64,000 bases of DNA, from positions 128,001 through 192,000 of the forward strand of contig CAWGMQ010000004.1 in NCBI GenBank assembly GCA_963823665.1, given 5' to 3'. Shown here piece after piece: positions 11,482-23,962 of the stretch (position 1 is its first letter; each line of letters starts with the position of its first letter). Both the position numbers and the translations under genes were made by a program. Under the pieces are notes generated by a model that worked only from the letters and a program-made list of their open reading frames with translations, was not told where the DNA came from and ran no database searches. This stretch comes from an uncultured Planctomycetota bacterium (GTDB lineage: Bacteria > Planctomycetota > Planctomycetia > Isosphaerales > Isosphaeraceae).

Positions 11482-12042
11482 ATGTGCCGCCGTTACCCGC
11501 TCTGGCTCTCCCTTCGCACGGGGCGGAAAGTTGCGGCGATCGGTGCTGATGTTGGCGGTCTGGGGCCTCGTCACTTCGGGTTGCCAGGCGCGGTTGAGCC
11601 GGGCTCGGCGCCGCATGTCGATCGAACGGTTGGCCCATCGCAGCAACCGCTTGCAGTGGATCCAGCGCGGGTGGGCTCATTTCCCGCTACCACGAAATCG
11701 GGTGGCGGCTACTTCTATGACGAGGTTCTCGAATATCGCGTGTGGCTGCATCCGGAGCGCGGGGCGCCGCGGCTCACGGGGGGCTCGGTCTATTTTGCGG
11801 CATTCGCGCGCTTTGAATCAGCCCTGGCGTATTCCCAGCAGCACGCGGGGGCCGAGGAGCCGCTCGTGCTCGTGCGGCAGCGTGAATCGATCGATGAGCC
11901 CACGCCGGGGACGTTCGTGTGGGAGAAGAACGAGCGCATCACCGAATGGCAGGTGCCCTGGCTGGACGGTACCAAACGCGGGCCGAAGAGCATTCCGGAG
12001 TTCCTGGCGGCTCACGGTGCAGGTCAACGGGCCAGTCAGTAG
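11482..12042 (+). CDS. Conserved hypothetical protein (start uncertain)
   Basis: GGGYFYDEVLEYRVWLHPERGA...AEEPLVLVRQ...ERITEW looks like a conserved globular family. Confidence 0.6.
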   Translation: MCRRYPLWLSLRTGRKVAAIGADVGGLGPRHFGLPGAVEPGSAPHVDRTVGPSQQPLAVDPARVGSFPATTKSGGGYFYDEVLEYRVWLHPERGAPRLTGGSVYFAAFARFESALAYSQQHAGAEEPLVLVRQRESIDEPTPGTFVWEKNERITEWQVPWLDGTKRGPKSIPEFLAAHGAGQRASQ

Positions 12043-12251
12043 TCCATTTCGAGCTTCGGCTGGGCGCGATGAATGCCTTGATCCCGGCTTCGCTGATCTT
12101 GGCGCCCAAGCCGACAGAATTCCACCGGCGCAATATATCGTACCTGGCGACTTGGCGTGAAAACATTTGAAGATCGGAGTGCAATCATTCGTGCGAGCGA
12201 TGCGCCTTGGGAGCAGTTTCCAGTGTGATTGTTGACTTCGCCGGAATTTTC

Positions 12252-12281
12252 TTGACATCGTCCTGACACTCCGCCTATTCT
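12252..12281 (+). promoter_or_regulatory. Putative sigma70 promoter of the PEP-CTERM gene
   Basis: TTGACA-N18-TATTCT about 100 nt upstream of ATG 12379. Confidence 0.5.
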
Positions 12282-12378
12282 CCCTATTCCTCAGGCTTTC
12301 TTCAATTCCACTAAGTCTCGCGTCCTATGATCTCCGGGGTCGATCGCAACTCACTTAGCTAAGTAAAGGGGCTAGCCG

Positions 12379-13101
12379 ATGGCTGGTGCGCTTCGCGCGG
12401 TTGGAGTGGTCGTTGCTGCATTCTTGATCACGCTCATTTCTTCACTCGGCGCTTTCGCCGGTCAGGTCACAGTGCACTTCTCGGGTACCGTCACGCTGGT
12501 CGATACGAGCGAGATATCGGGCACGAAGGTCGGCAATTCGTTTAGCGGCATGCTAGTTTATGACTCCAGCACGCCGGAAACTTCGCTGGCGGGCTCTGAT
12601 CCGGCACAGTACACCGCTCGACCGCCACTTGCCTCGGGGTTGGGGATCACGCTCACGGTGGGCGGCAACACGTATGCTGCCGAGCTCGGCGACGTGCTTC
12701 AACTGACGGTCGGCAACGACTTGACGGGAACTTATCGCGATGTGTTTGCAGCTCGCGGCTACGTGAACGTGGGCGGCGCCGTCACGGGTGCAGAGTTCGG
12801 GGTTGCCGACCAGACGGGAACGGTGTTCTCCTCGACCGCGCTGCCGACGAGCTTGGACTTGAGCAAGTTCAGCGTGGGTACATTTGCCCTGGCTGGTACA
12901 CCGGGCTCAACCGACATCTTTGAGGGAACAATCAACCTGGTGCAAGCGGCCTCCGTGCCGGAACCGGGGTCTGCGGTCCTGCTGGGGATTGGAGCCCTGG
13001 CAGGGGGTTGCGTGCTGCGGTCGAGACGGGTTCGGCTTCGCCGATGTGCCGCTGATCAGGTCTGTCTATCGCACGACGGGCGGCAGTGGAACGTACGGTG
13101 A
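12379..13101 (+). CDS. PEP-CTERM sorting-domain surface protein
   Basis: Signal peptide, Gly/Ser/Thr-rich beta domain, VPEPGS + hydrophobic helix + RSRRVRLRR. Confidence 0.9.
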   Translation: MAGALRAVGVVVAAFLITLISSLGAFAGQVTVHFSGTVTLVDTSEISGTKVGNSFSGMLVYDSSTPETSLAGSDPAQYTARPPLASGLGITLTVGGNTYAAELGDVLQLTVGNDLTGTYRDVFAARGYVNVGGAVTGAEFGVADQTGTVFSSTALPTSLDLSKFSVGTFALAGTPGSTDIFEGTINLVQAASVPEPGSAVLLGIGALAGGCVLRSRRVRLRRCAADQVCLSHDGRQWNVR

Positions 13102-13980
13102 AGGCTTGAAGCCTACGTTTGGCAAAACCTCGTTCAGCGTTTTCATTCCATCGACCGTGACTGCGGTGCCACTGAGATGGAGCTGCTTGAGGTTGCGGAG
13201 CGACTTCAGGTTCATCAGACCCGCGTCGGTGACTTGCGTGCCGCTCAGGTTTAGTTCGGTGAGGCCGGCCAACCCGTCCAGATGCGCCAGACCGGCGTCG
13301 CTTACCCGCGTGTTGCTCAGGTCGAGCGTGGATAGGTGCGTCAGTCGCTGGAGATGCGCCAACCCCGCGTCGGAGACCTGGCTACCGCTCAGGTCGAGCT
13401 CCGTGAGGTTCGTCCATTTGCTCAGTTGGGCCATGCCGGTGTCGGTGATTTGAGCACCGTGGAGCTGGAGCTCGGAGAGATTCCTCATACCCTCCAACTG
13501 CGCCAGCCTTTGGTCGGTGACATGCGCGCCCGGAAGGGAAAGCCACCGAAGGCTGGTCAGACCACCGAGCTGAGCAAACCCTGAGTCAGTGACATCCAAT
13601 CCTTCGATCCGCAATTTTTCGAGCGCGGTGAGGGAACCGAGATATGTCATCTCTCGATCCGAAGCGACGCCAAAGAAGTAGACGGTGGCGATGTGGTCGA
13701 CGTAGTCAATTCCGACAAGATTCACGAGCCATTCCGGCGCAGGAGCGCTTGCTCCGGGAGAGCCTAGAGCCGCTTGCGACTTATATGCCACGGTGGCTCC
13801 GGTCTTCTCAAGTGCTACGAGCGCCTCGTGCTGGATTCGTGCGCTGCGGACAAACCAGCCGAGGCCGGCGCCCATCACCAGTACAAGCACGATCAGGCCG
13901 CGCATGCTGAAACGCAGGTAGCGGCGCCAGGGATGGGCGATGGGGCCGGGAGTCATTTTGCTGGTTTCGTGATGCGCCAC
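13066..13980 (-). CDS. Membrane-anchored LRR protein, paralog 5 (about 7 repeats)
   Basis: WRRYLRFSMRGL anchor, GIDYVDHI cap, LRRs; start 13980 (GTG) or 13956. Confidence 0.9.
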   Translation of the reverse strand: MAHHETSKMTPGPIAHPWRRYLRFSMRGLIVLVLVMGAGLGWFVRSARIQHEALVALEKTGATVAYKSQAALGSPGASAPAPEWLVNLVGIDYVDHIATVYFFGVASDREMTYLGSLTALEKLRIEGLDVTDSGFAQLGGLTSLRWLSLPGAHVTDQRLAQLEGMRNLSELQLHGAQITDTGMAQLSKWTNLTELDLSGSQVSDAGLAHLQRLTHLSTLDLSNTRVSDAGLAHLDGLAGLTELNLSGTQVTDAGLMNLKSLRNLKQLHLSGTAVTVDGMKTLNEVLPNVGFKPSPYVPLPPVVR

Positions 13981-13983
13981 GAG

Positions 13984-14505
13984 CTAGTATCCCAAATTTA
14001 CTACTAAATAGGGCAGCGTTTGCTCCAGCTCGCGGACGGAGCGATGGCTGCTTACTCCACCGCGGAGATCGAGGGTTCGGAGGTTCTTGAGGCGCTTGAG
14101 CCGGGCGAGGCCCGTGTCTGTCAACTCGAGCGTGTCGGTGATGACCAGGGTCCGGAGCTGGTCGAGATTGCTGATGTGGGTCAATTCCGTGTCGGAGGGA
14201 TGCGGAATGCTCACGTATGCGACGTTGCCGAAGCAATCGATGCCGAACGCGTCCACAAGCCATCGCGGGGCCAGAGGCTTCGTGCCGCGCGGGAAGTGGC
14301 CGTTCCTCCATTGCCAGTCATAAAGGATCTGTCCGTGGGCCTTCGTGATGGCCGCTACTGCCTCGCGCTGGGTGCGGGCGGTGCGGGCGAACCAGGCGAG
14401 CCAGAGGCCGAGCATGAGCACCACGAGAATCAGGCTGGCGATGTTGAACCGGAACCGCTGACGCCGAGGAGTTGAATCGGGCTCGGAATTGCCGTGATCG
14501 GTCAT
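13984..14505 (-). CDS. Membrane-anchored LRR protein, paralog 6 (2 repeats)
   Basis: RFRFNIASL anchor variant, YDWQW...APRWLVDAFGIDCFGNV cap, 2 LRRs, ELEQTLP C-cap. Confidence 0.85.
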   Translation of the reverse strand: MTDHGNSEPDSTPRRQRFRFNIASLILVVLMLGLWLAWFARTARTQREAVAAITKAHGQILYDWQWRNGHFPRGTKPLAPRWLVDAFGIDCFGNVAYVSIPHPSDTELTHISNLDQLRTLVITDTLELTDTGLARLKRLKNLRTLDLRGGVSSHRSVRELEQTLPYLVVNLGY

Positions 14506-14760
14506 GTCAACCTCTCGCGAGCAGGCGGCACGAGAACGTTCGAACCGAACGGTCCGCAGTGGCGGACCCTACGAGAAACCTTCAGCACAACCGTCCGGCA
14601 CGAGTGCTGGACTCAGCTTCTGGACGGTCCACGGTGGCGGACCCTGAATCAATATTGGGCGATCGGGGCCGTGACGCCAAGTCCTTCGATGGCGAGGCTG
14701 ATGGGCTGCGGCTATAATCTGACTTTGAAGCTGACGACGCTGCCTTCTCGCGGGTTGATT

Positions 14761-17700
14761 ATGAGCGACGAGGATCTCACACTCCCGTTCCAGGCGGCAG
14801 CCGGCGGCGAGCTGGTCACTGAGGCCTCGGAGCTGAACGGTTCTGGCGCTCCCGATGCTCTCGCCCGGCTGCCGGAGCGAATCGGCCGCCACCGAGTGGA
14901 AAAAGTCCTGGGCGAAGGCAGCTACGGAATCGTCTATCTGGCGTTCGACGAATACCTGCAGCGGCACGTCGCCCTCAAGCTGCCGCACGCCCGGCTCGTG
15001 GACGACTCCTCGCTGGCCGTAGTGTATCTGACCGAAGCCCGCACGGTGGCCAACCTGGATCATCCGAATATCGTGCCGGTGCACGATGTCGGCAGCACCG
15101 AGGAGTTCCCCTGCTATATCGTCTCGAAATACATCGACGGCACAGACCTCGCCACCCGGATGGCGCGCAGCCGGCCACAGCTTGGTGAAGCGGTGGAGCT
15201 GGTGGCAACCATTGCCCTGGCGCTGCACCACGCCCACAAGCAGGGGCTGGTGCATCGCGACGTGAAGCCGGGCAATATCCTGCTCGACAAGAGCGGCAAA
15301 CCTTTTGTGGCGGACTTCGGCCTGGCGCTTCGCGAGCAAGACGTGGGCAACGGGCCGCATTACGTGGGCACGCCTGCTTATATGTCGCCGGAACAGGCTC
15401 GCGGCGAAGGGCATCGCGTCGATGGCCGCAGCGACATTTTCAGTCTGGGGGTTGTCTTCTACGAATTGCTGACCGCCGCGCGTCCTTTTGAGGGCAGCTC
15501 GGCGGAAGAGCTGGCAGAGAAAATCACCGGGGCTCTGCCCTGCGCCCGCGGCAGATCAACCCGAACATTCCCAAGGAACTCGAGCGGATCTGCATGAAAG
15601 CCCTGTCGCAACGGGCGTCGGAACGGTATGCGACGGCGAAGGACATGGCCGACGATTTGCTGCATTTCCTGGCCGAGAACGACCGTGGGACCGGCTCGTC
15701 CACATTCGATGCGGTGCCGCCTGGCGGCGCGGCAGCAGCGACGGGATCAAGAACCCCGTCGTCGGCGACGGTGACGAGAATGCCATCAGCGCCACCGATC
15801 CCGAAGATTGTCCCCAAGGGCCTGCGATCCTTTGACTCGCACGACACCGACTTCTTCCTCGAGCTGCTGCCGGGCGCCCGAGACCGCGAGGGTTTGCCCG
15901 AAAGCATCCGGTTCTGGAAAACCCGGATCGAGGACACGGAGGCCGAGAAGACATTCTCGGTGGGACTCATCTGTGGGCCCTCGGGATGCGGCAAGTCGTC
16001 AATGGTGCAGGCGGGTTTGTTGCCGCGTCTCGCGGACGACGTACTGTCGGTGTACGTGGAAGCGACGGCAAGGGAGACCGAAGCACGATTGCTCACCGGG
16101 TTGCGCAAACGGTGCCCCGGGCTGCCTCCGGAGCTGGGGCTCAAGGAAACGCTGGGGGCGTTGCGACGGGGCCAGGGAATCCGGGTGGGAAAGAAGGTGC
16201 TGATCATTCTGGACCAGTTCGAGCAATGGCTCCATGCCAAGCAGCAAGAGGAGAACACCGAGCTGGTGCACGCTCTGCGGCAGTGCGACGGCGGCAGCGT
16301 GCAGTGCGTCGTGATGGTGCGCGACGATTTCTGGATGGCGGTCATACGCTTCATGCAGGAACTGGAGGTTCGCCTCGTCGAAGGGCAGAACTCAGCGGCC
16401 GTCGACCTCTTTCCCATTCGCCACGCCGAGAAAGTTCTGGCGGCGTTCGGGCGGGCTTTCGGCGCCCTACCCGAGGGCCCCGGCGGCATGAGCAAACAAC
16501 AGAAACAATTCATCGAGCAAGCCGTCTCCGGGTTGGCCCAGGAGGGCAAGGTCATCTGCGTGCGGCTCGCACTGTTTGCGGAGATGATGAAGGGGAAGCC
16601 GTGGACGCCCGCGACCTTGAAGGAAGCCGGCGGCACCGAGGGCGTGGGGATCACGTTCCTGGAAGAGACGTTCAGCGCGAGCCCCGCTCCGCCGGAACAC
16701 CGCTATCACGAGAAAGCCGCCAGGGCTGTGCTCAAGGCGCTCTTGCCCGAATCCGGCAAAGACATCAAGGGGAACATGCGCTCGGAGGCCGAGCTGCTGG
16801 CGCTCTCGGGCTACGGGGGCCGCATCCGCGACTTCGAGAGCCTGCTGGGCATCCTCGACGGCGAGGTGCGTCTGATCACGCCGACAGGACCTGAAGGGGT
16901 GGCGGGTGGTGGGTGGCGCGGAGCGGGTCATTACCAGCTCACGCACGACTACCTGGTGCGGCCGCTGCGGGAATGGCTGACGCGAAAGCAGCGGGAGACG
17001 CGGCGCGGGCGGGCCGAGCTGCGTCTGGAAGAACGAGCCGCCCTGTGGTGTGCGCGCAAGGAGAACCGGTTCTTGCCATCGGCATCGGAATGGCTCAACC
17101 TGCGGCTGCTGACGCGGAGTCGTGACTGGACGGCGCCGCAGCGGACCATGATGCACCGGGCCGGCTGGCGTCACGCCGCGCACGGCGCGATTCTTTTCGT
17201 GGGGATGATGGTGCTGGCGCTCCTCGTTCGGGAGGGTTACGGCCGACAGCGGGCCCGTGGCCTGGAAGCCCGCCTGCTCGAGGCGACCACTGCGGATGTG
17301 CCGGACATCGTGGGCGAAATGGGACCATATCGCCGCTGGCTCGACGGCGAGCTGCGCCAGGCGTACGCCGACGCGGCGGCCGCGCACGATGCACGCCGGG
17401 AGCTCCACGCGAGCCTGGCGCTCCTACCGGTGGACCCTGGCCAGGTGTCTTACTTGCGCAAGCGGCTGCTCAGTGCCAATCCTGAGGAAGTGTTCGTCAT
17501 CCGAGGAGCCCTGCTGCCCTACGCGGGCGACATCAGCGCGTGGCTCTGGGAGGTGCTGGAGAACGGGAAGACGGTCTCGGGCGAGCGGCTGCGAGCGGCT
17601 TGCGCACTGGCAGTGTATGCGGCGGGCGACACGCGATGGAACGGCGTCAGCCGCGACGTGGCGGCGCGGCTGGTCACAGAGCCCGTGCTGGTGATCGCCC

Positions 17701-19133
17701 GCTGGGCCGAGGCTCTGCGTCCGGTGCGGAAGCACCTGCTGTCGTCCCTGGCCGCGCTGCTTGTGGAGAGTGATCAGGACGCGGCCCGTCGTCTCACGAT
17801 CACCCGTCTCTATGGCGACTACTCGCAAGGACTGGCGGAGCCTTTTGCCCCACTCGAGGAAGAGGCGGCCGGGATCATCAAGCCGAATGGTGGTGACGGC
17901 GGCGCGGTCACCGATTCCGTCACTGATCCGAACGCCCGCCTGGCGCAGCAGCGACGGCAGGCCAACGCCGCGGTGGCTCTGGCCGCACTGGGACGCTGGG
18001 AGATGGCGCGGCTGTTGCTCGAGCACACGCGCAATCCGACGATGCGCAGCTATGTGATCGACCGCCTGGCATCGGGCGGAGCCGATGCCCGCGGGCTCGA
18101 CGCACTGATCAGCGACGGCTCGGAGGTTTCAGTGCGGCGGGCGTCCCTGCTGGCGCTCGCGGAGTTTGACGAACAGAACCTACCCTTTCCGGAACGGGAG
18201 CGGTTGGCCCCGTGTCTGGCCGCGATGTACCGCGATGACCCTGACCCGGGCGTGCATGCCGCGGCCGGCTGGCTGCTGGGCCGGTGGGGAGAACCGGGGC
18301 GACTGGTCGATGCGAACCGTTCCCTCGCGAAGGGCGCGCCAATCGGGTCTCGACGCTGGTATCTCAACTCGCAGGGTCAGACGCTTGTGCTCATTCCGCC
18401 GGGCAAATTTCGGCAAGGCGAGGAACCAGGGCGATCCGAGTACTGTGTCGACCACGGATTCGCTCTCGCCGCCCGCGAAGTGAGTGTGGCCGAGTTTCGC
18501 GTTTTCCGGAGTAGTTACAAGTGCAACCGCGCATTCGCTTTGACCGAAGATTGCCCGGTGCATGAGGTGACGTGGTACGACGCGGCGGCCTATTGCAACT
18601 GGCTCAGCGAGCAGGATGGCATCCCCAAAGAGCAATGGTGCTATCTTCCCAACGACAAGGGGCAGTACGCAGAAGGAATGAAGATCGTGCCCGATTACCT
18701 AAGCCGGTCGGGATACCGGTTGCCGACGGTAAACGAGTGGGAATATGCGTGCCGGGCCGGCAGCGTGACGCGCTGGCAGTTCGGGGAGGCTGAAGACCTG
18801 ATCGCCAGATACGCGTGGTGCGTTGTGAACTCATCGAGCCGGCTGCATCCGGTGGGGAGTCTGCGCCCGAATGATCTCGGCCTGTTCGACATGCACGGCA
18901 ACGCCTGGGAGTGGTGCCAGAATCGGGCCGGGAGCGCTTCCGCCGACGGCAAGTCTTCTGCCGTTCGCAACGTCGTGAGCGACGCCGACCGATGGCTCGC
19001 GCGCAGCGGCGGATTCGGCCACGGTCTCCTCACCGTGCAGTCCGCCAATGCAATCGACATTCATGTCAAGGAGGGCGGCGGCGACCTGGGGTTTCGCCCG
19101 GCGCGAAGCCTGCGCATCAACGATAGACGCTGA
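14761..19133 (+). CDS. Ser/Thr kinase - P-loop (nSTAND-like) ATPase - helical repeats - FGE-sulfatase (SUMF1) domain protein; frameshift near 15540
   Basis: Kinase motifs GEGSYG, VALK, HRDVKPGN, DFG, GTPAYMSPE; Walker A GPSGCGKSS, Walker B LIILDQFEQ; YQLTHDYL; YRLPTVNEWEYACRAG, PNDLGLFDMHGNAWEWC, GFRPAR; TATAAT at 14714. Confidence 0.85.
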
Positions 19134-19845
19134 GGCTCGGCAAAGCCTTCTTCAGGTCCGCCGCGCCAGCGTCCGTGACCGGAGTCTGCACGACGTTCAA
19201 GACGGTCAGGTTTCGCAGATCTTTCAGATGCGCCAGACCGGCGTCGGTGACCTGGGTGCCGGCGAGGTTGAGCTCGGTGAGACCCGTCAGGTTTTTCAGG
19301 TGCGCCAGGCCGGTGTCGGTGATGTGCGTACCGTTCAATACGAGGACGGACAGACGCTTGAGGCCGGTGAGATGGATCAGGGCGGCGTCGGTGATTGGCG
19401 TGTAGTCGAGGTCGAGTCTCGAAAGGGCCTTCAAACCAGCCAGATGCGCCAGGCCCGCGTCGCTGATGGGCGAGCCCGTGAGACTCAGGCGCTCGAGTTG
19501 TGTGAGACGCGCGATGTGTGCGAGATCCGAATCGGTTTCCGCGCCCCCGTAGAACGCGACCTGGGTGACGTGCCCGAAATAGTCGATGCCGACGCGATCC
19601 ACGAGCCAATCGGGCACCCATGGTTTTGTGGCCGGGTAGACCCTTCCATTCCGCCACTCCCAGTCGTACTGGACCATGCCGCCGGCGGCCGCGATCGCCG
19701 CGGCCGCGCCGCGCTGGTTGCGCGCGCTGTGGACGAGCCATCCCAGGCCGCCGCCTGATACGAGCACCAGCAGGATCAGGCCGCGGATGCTGAAGCGCAG
19801 GTATCGCCGCCAGGGACGCGGGCTTGGCTCGGGGTGACCAGTCAT
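19117..19845 (-). CDS. Membrane-anchored LRR protein, paralog 7 (5 repeats)
   Basis: WRRYLRFSIRGL anchor, GIDYFGHVT cap, LRRs, DLKKALPSLSVYR C-cap. Confidence 0.9.
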   Translation of the reverse strand: MTGHPEPSPRPWRRYLRFSIRGLILLVLVSGGGLGWLVHSARNQRGAAAAIAAAGGMVQYDWEWRNGRVYPATKPWVPDWLVDRVGIDYFGHVTQVAFYGGAETDSDLAHIARLTQLERLSLTGSPISDAGLAHLAGLKALSRLDLDYTPITDAALIHLTGLKRLSVLVLNGTHITDTGLAHLKNLTGLTELNLAGTQVTDAGLAHLKDLRNLTVLNVVQTPVTDAGAADLKKALPSLSVYR

Positions 19846-20102
19846 ATTGGATCCGCCAGCGTGGGCCGCTTCTTCTTCAGCGTCGACCGGAATCGTTCAG
19901 CCGGATTGTATCTGCTGTGGTAGGGACGATAGTAGACCAGTCGAATCATCAGCCGGATTGCACACGCGGTTCGATCCCCAATAGTGCACCCTGCATGTTG
20001 AAGATCGGGCACCTCAGGGATTTTTTCAGAAAGTTGTGTCGGCACGCGCCCGTCGACCCAATTAATAATGTAAGTCGATCAGCTTCGTGAGGGAGTAGAG
20101 AC

Positions 20103-23048
20103 ATGGCCAGCACGCGACTTGGGACCGCCTTGCGGCAGATCCAGCGCCTTTTCGTCGACGGGGCCGGCGTCGGGCTCACCGATGCCCAACTGTGGGAGCG
20201 GTTCGCGACCGAGCGCGACGCGGATGCGTTCGCGGCGCTCGTGGAACGGCACGGGCGCACAGTACTCGCCGTCTGCCGCGGCGTTCTGAATGACCCGAGC
20301 CATGCGGAGGATGTCTTCCAGGCGACGTTTCTGGTGCTGCTGCGCAAGGCCGGTTCATTGTGGGCTGTGAACGGCTCGCTCGCGAGCTGGCTCTATCGCG
20401 TCGCGTTCCGCATCGCGATCGAGGCGAATCGGGGCGATGCAAGGCGCCGTGCGGTGGAAAGGCGGGCCGCAGAGATGGTGAATCCGGATTCGGGCCGGGC
20501 CGAGCCCGGACATGACTTCCTCCCGGCGCTCCACGAGGAAATCGGCCGGTTGCCGGAGAAGTATCGAGCGCCGATTGTACTCTGTCATCTCGAGCAGATG
20601 ACACACGCGGAGGCGGCGCACCAACTGGGTTGGACCGTGGGGACGGTGCGAGGCCGCGTGGCGCAGGCGCGCGACCTGTTGCGGACGCGACTGACCCGAC
20701 GCGGGCTCATGCTCTCGGGCACCGTTCTGACAACTGTGTTCTCAAATCAGGCCGCGCAGGCGGTGGTCCCGAGTGAGTGGATCGAAACGATGGTCGAGGC
20801 GGCGACCAGAGTCACCGCGGGTCAAGCAGCGGCCGGGACGGTCTCGGCGGCCGCGGTCGCCTTGAGCGAGCGTCTGACAAGGGGCCTGTTTATCACCAAA
20901 GCGATCTGGACCGCGGCAGCGCTTCTGGTCGCCGGTGGTGCGGCCGGCGTGGCGCTCTCTCTCGGCGCAGCACGGAAGGATGACGGAAGGCGCGCCGCTT
21001 TGAGGCCGCCGGCCGCGGTCTCACGGACGAACGCCGCCGCCGCGAAGGCGCCTGAAGCCGCGGACGACGCGAAACCGGTGCCGATCTCAGGACGCGTTCT
21101 CGGTCCGGATGGCAAGCCGGTGCCCGGGGCGGGCATCTATATTCGACATAGACACTTTACCGACCTGGGGCAGGAGGGACGCGCGGTCGAGCGAGTGGCG
21201 GAGTCGGGGCCGGACGGACGGTTCCGGTTCGACCTCGACCCCTCGAAGAGCAACGTGAGCTGGCCGCCGGCGGACGGCCCGGCCTGGCACAGCGCCACGA
21301 TCGCCGCGTTTATCCCGGGCCACGGCGCCGACTGGGTCTCCGCGGGGGACGCGGCGCGGGCTGGGGCGGAGCTTCACCTGGTGCCTGATGATGTGCCGGT
21401 GAGCGGCCGGATCATCGACAGTCAGGGCCGCGCGGTCGCGGGTGCCGGAGTGAGGGTGGAGCGGCTCGCCATTCCCGTGGCCGCGGACCTGGACTCCCTG
21501 CTGGCTTCGGGACGGCTGGACTGGGACGGCGTCACGGCCCAGATGATTCGACGACCAGAATGGTATCAACCGACCTGGATCGGCCGTGATGGAAACCTGC
21601 AGGCCGACGCGGAAGGCCGGTTCGTGATCGCAGGGGTGGGGCACGACCGGGTGGCGGTTCTGGCCATTGATGCGCCCGGCCTGGAGCGGGCTCATTTCGC
21701 GGTGCTCGTCCGCACGCCGCGAGTCGCCGGCACGGCACGCCCGCGATCCTCGCCGACGCTCGATCCGGTTGCCGGAGAGATGGGACTTGTTCTCCACGGG
21801 GCTTCGTTCGAACACGTGGTCGGGCCGAGCAAGCCGATCACGGGTCTCCTTCTCGCCAAGGGCACGGGCCAGCCCGCCGCGGGCGTCATCGTCGCAGGCC
21901 AGATCTGGGGGAACCCCTGGACGGTTGTCTTCGCCAAGACCGACGCGGGCGGGCGATTCCGCCTGGAGGGCCTGCCCAAGGCGGCGACGTACCATGTGGA
22001 CGTCCGCGTGCGGCCGGGCTCGCCTTATCTCGCCGCGCGGCCCGCGACAGTCAGCGACACCGAGGGACTCAAGCCCGTCGAAGTCTCGTTCGAGCTGCCG
22101 CCTGGCGTGCCTGTACGCGGCCGCATTATCGACAAGGAGACGCGTCTCTCGCTGCAGATCGAGCGGGCGGACTACTTCCCGCTGCCGAGTAACCGCGCTG
22201 GCAAGGATGCCACCCGGTTGTACGCCAGTGTCGAGGGCGAAACCTTTCTGCTCACGGTGCCGCCCGGCCAGGGCATGATCGTCGCGAAGGTCAGAGGCAA
22301 GCTGGCACCTTATCCCGCGGCGCGCCTCGACCCGGCCGACCGCGGTAAGGTGGTAGTCAAGGGCGAGGGCCAAGCCACGTTCGGAATTCCACTGTCGATC
22401 TACCACGCGTATCGCCTCGTGGATCTTCCGCCGGGCGACGGGACAGCCGCCATCGACCTGGAGGTGGCGGCAGTTCCCGGTCGGAGAGGCCAGATCGTCG
22501 GCTCGCCTCGGCGCGCCCTGACGGGCGTCAAGGCGCTGGGGCTCTCCTCCGATCGATACACAGTGCAGACAGTCGAGGGGAGTGTTTTCGAGGTCCGCGG
22601 ATTGAGAGCCGAGGAAAGTCGCGTCGTCGAGATGCGCAACGAGGAGCTGGGACTGGCGGGCGCGGCCACTGTCTCGGGTTCCGGGCCGGCGGATCAGCCG
22701 GTGATCGTCGAGCTCGCCCGCTGTGGGGCTCTCTCGGGGCGGATTCTCGATGAGGACGGCATACCCCTGCGCGGGGCGAAAGTGACCGCCACTGTGCTGC
22801 GTGAAGCGAGCATCTTGCCGGCGGACCCGGCTTTCCGGCCTCGCGAGGGAGAGGCTGACCGCGAGGGGCGCTTCCGCATCGATGGACTGACCCCGCTGCT
22901 GGACGTGCGGATCTTGTTCGAGGATCCGAATCATCCGCCTCGGAGATACGAGTCGAAGCCGGTGAAGGACCTGGGCCGGCTTGCCGTCAAGCCTGGCGAG
23001 GTGCGCGACCTCGGCGACATTCGCGTCCGGGCACAACAGATCCGGTGA
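20103..23048 (+). CDS. ECF RNA polymerase sigma factor with TM segment and long C-terminal extension of carboxypeptidase-regulatory-like repeats
   Basis: TDAQLWERF...[10 protein letters not shown]...[12 protein letters not shown] (region 2), [12 protein letters not shown]...GTVRGR (region 4), TM, repeated [21 protein letters not shown] units. Confidence 0.9.
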   Translation: MASTRLGTALRQIQRLFVDGAGVGLTDAQLWERFATERDADAFAALVERHGRTVLAVCRGVLNDPSHAEDVFQATFLVLLRKAGSLWAVNGSLASWLYRVAFRIAIEANRGDARRRAVERRAAEMVNPDSGRAEPGHDFLPALHEEIGRLPEKYRAPIVLCHLEQMTHAEAAHQLGWTVGTVRGRVAQARDLLRTRLTRRGLMLSGTVLTTVFSNQAAQAVVPSEWIETMVEAATRVTAGQAAAGTVSAAAVALSERLTRGLFITKAIWTAAALLVAGGAAGVALSLGAARKDDGRRAALRPPAAVSRTNAAAAKAPEAADDAKPVPISGRVLGPDGKPVPGAGIYIRHRHFTDLGQEGRAVERVAESGPDGRFRFDLDPSKSNVSWPPADGPAWHSATIAAFIPGHGADWVSAGDAARAGAELHLVPDDVPVSGRIIDSQGRAVAGAGVRVERLAIPVAADLDSLLASGRLDWDGVTAQMIRRPEWYQPTWIGRDGNLQADAEGRFVIAGVGHDRVAVLAIDAPGLERAHFAVLVRTPRVAGTARPRSSPTLDPVAGEMGLVLHGASFEHVVGPSKPITGLLLAKGTGQPAAGVIVAGQIWGNPWTVVFAKTDAGGRFRLEGLPKAATYHVDVRVRPGSPYLAARPATVSDTEGLKPVEVSFELPPGVPVRGRIIDKETRLSLQIERADYFPLPSNRAGKDATRLYASVEGETFLLTVPPGQGMIVAKVRGKLAPYPAARLDPADRGKVVVKGEGQATFGIPLSIYHAYRLVDLPPGDGTAAIDLEVAAVPGRRGQIVGSPRRALTGVKALGLSSDRYTVQTVEGSVFEVRGLRAEESRVVEMRNEELGLAGAATVSGSGPADQPVIVELARCGALSGRILDEDGIPLRGAKVTATVLREASILPADPAFRPREGEADREGRFRIDGLTPLLDVRILFEDPNHPPRRYESKPVKDLGRLAVKPGEVRDLGDIRVRAQQIR

Positions 23049-23064
23049 TCCAGGAGGCTCGACC

Positions 23065-23707
23065 ATGCGATCCTCGCTTGCGATCGCTCCCGTCGGGGAC
23101 GTGGACGATCTTTGGACCCCCTATGCTCCGTCGCAGGCCGAGCCGTGGGACCTTCGTCGCGTTGTGCACTTGCACCGCCGCGCCGGATTTGCCGCGACCT
23201 GGAGTGAGCTGCGGCGCGACCTGGAGGAGGGACCCGGGCCGAGCGCCCTCCGGCTGCTGGAAGGACGATCGCGGATCTCAGGCGTGCCGGATGACTTCGA
23301 GGAGATGGCCCGCCGCCTGGCGGACCAGGCGCTGGCGGGCGCTCGAGCTGCTCGACCCGCCGCCCAGCGCGCCTGTGCTGGCCGACTGGATGGCGCACAT
23401 GGGGCAGGACCTGTTCTACCCCCCCAATGTCGGCGGCTGGACCGGCGGCCGCGCCTGGTACACGACCCGGTCGGCGATCGGCCGCGCGAATTACGCGGCG
23501 GCGCTGGTCTCCGGCGAGGCAGTCGGCCTTTCCGGCGCGTTTGACCCGGGCGCGCTTGCGGCACGACATGGGCACGCGCGCGACCGCCGGTTCTTCGCCC
23601 GACTGCTGCGGGGGGCAGAGTCTCCCGAGGTGCCGCTCGACGCGGCCAGTCCGGCGCGGCTCGCCGTCGCCCGGTTGTTGTCGTCTCCGGAGGCTCAGCG
23701 GGCCTGA
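23065..23707 (+). pseudogene. DUF1800-family remnant with large internal deletion
   Basis: N-terminal PWDLRRVVHLHRRAGFAAT joins out of frame near 23340 to C-terminal MGQDLFYPPNVGGW...LLSSPEAQ; the central domain is absent. Confidence 0.7.
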
Positions 23708-23962
23708 TCCTTTATTTCGGAGGTGAGCGGTGATCACACGCCGGGTGTTCGCCGCGATCCTCGAGGGCTGGCTCGGGCTGCCGGCAAAGGGCGCGCTGGG
23801 CGGGAACTTCGAGCCGTTGCCCTTCCTCGTTTCGTGAATCAAGCGCGCCCGTTGCGGCAGGATTGCGGGCCGGCTTTGCGGTGGAGACAATTGGCCATGG
23901 CGTGGGGCCAAGACCGGCGCGGCTGTGGTGATTTGTCGCGGATTTCCGCGAGCGGAGAACCG

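Noticed and set aside
11482..12042. GNAT acetyltransferase label I associate with this family
   Set aside because: No acetyl-CoA-binding motif A visible; left as hypothetical
18900..19133. Diversity-generating retroelement targeting the FGE-sulfatase C-terminus
   Set aside because: No reverse transcriptase and no template repeat seen in the window; a remote DGR cannot be excluded
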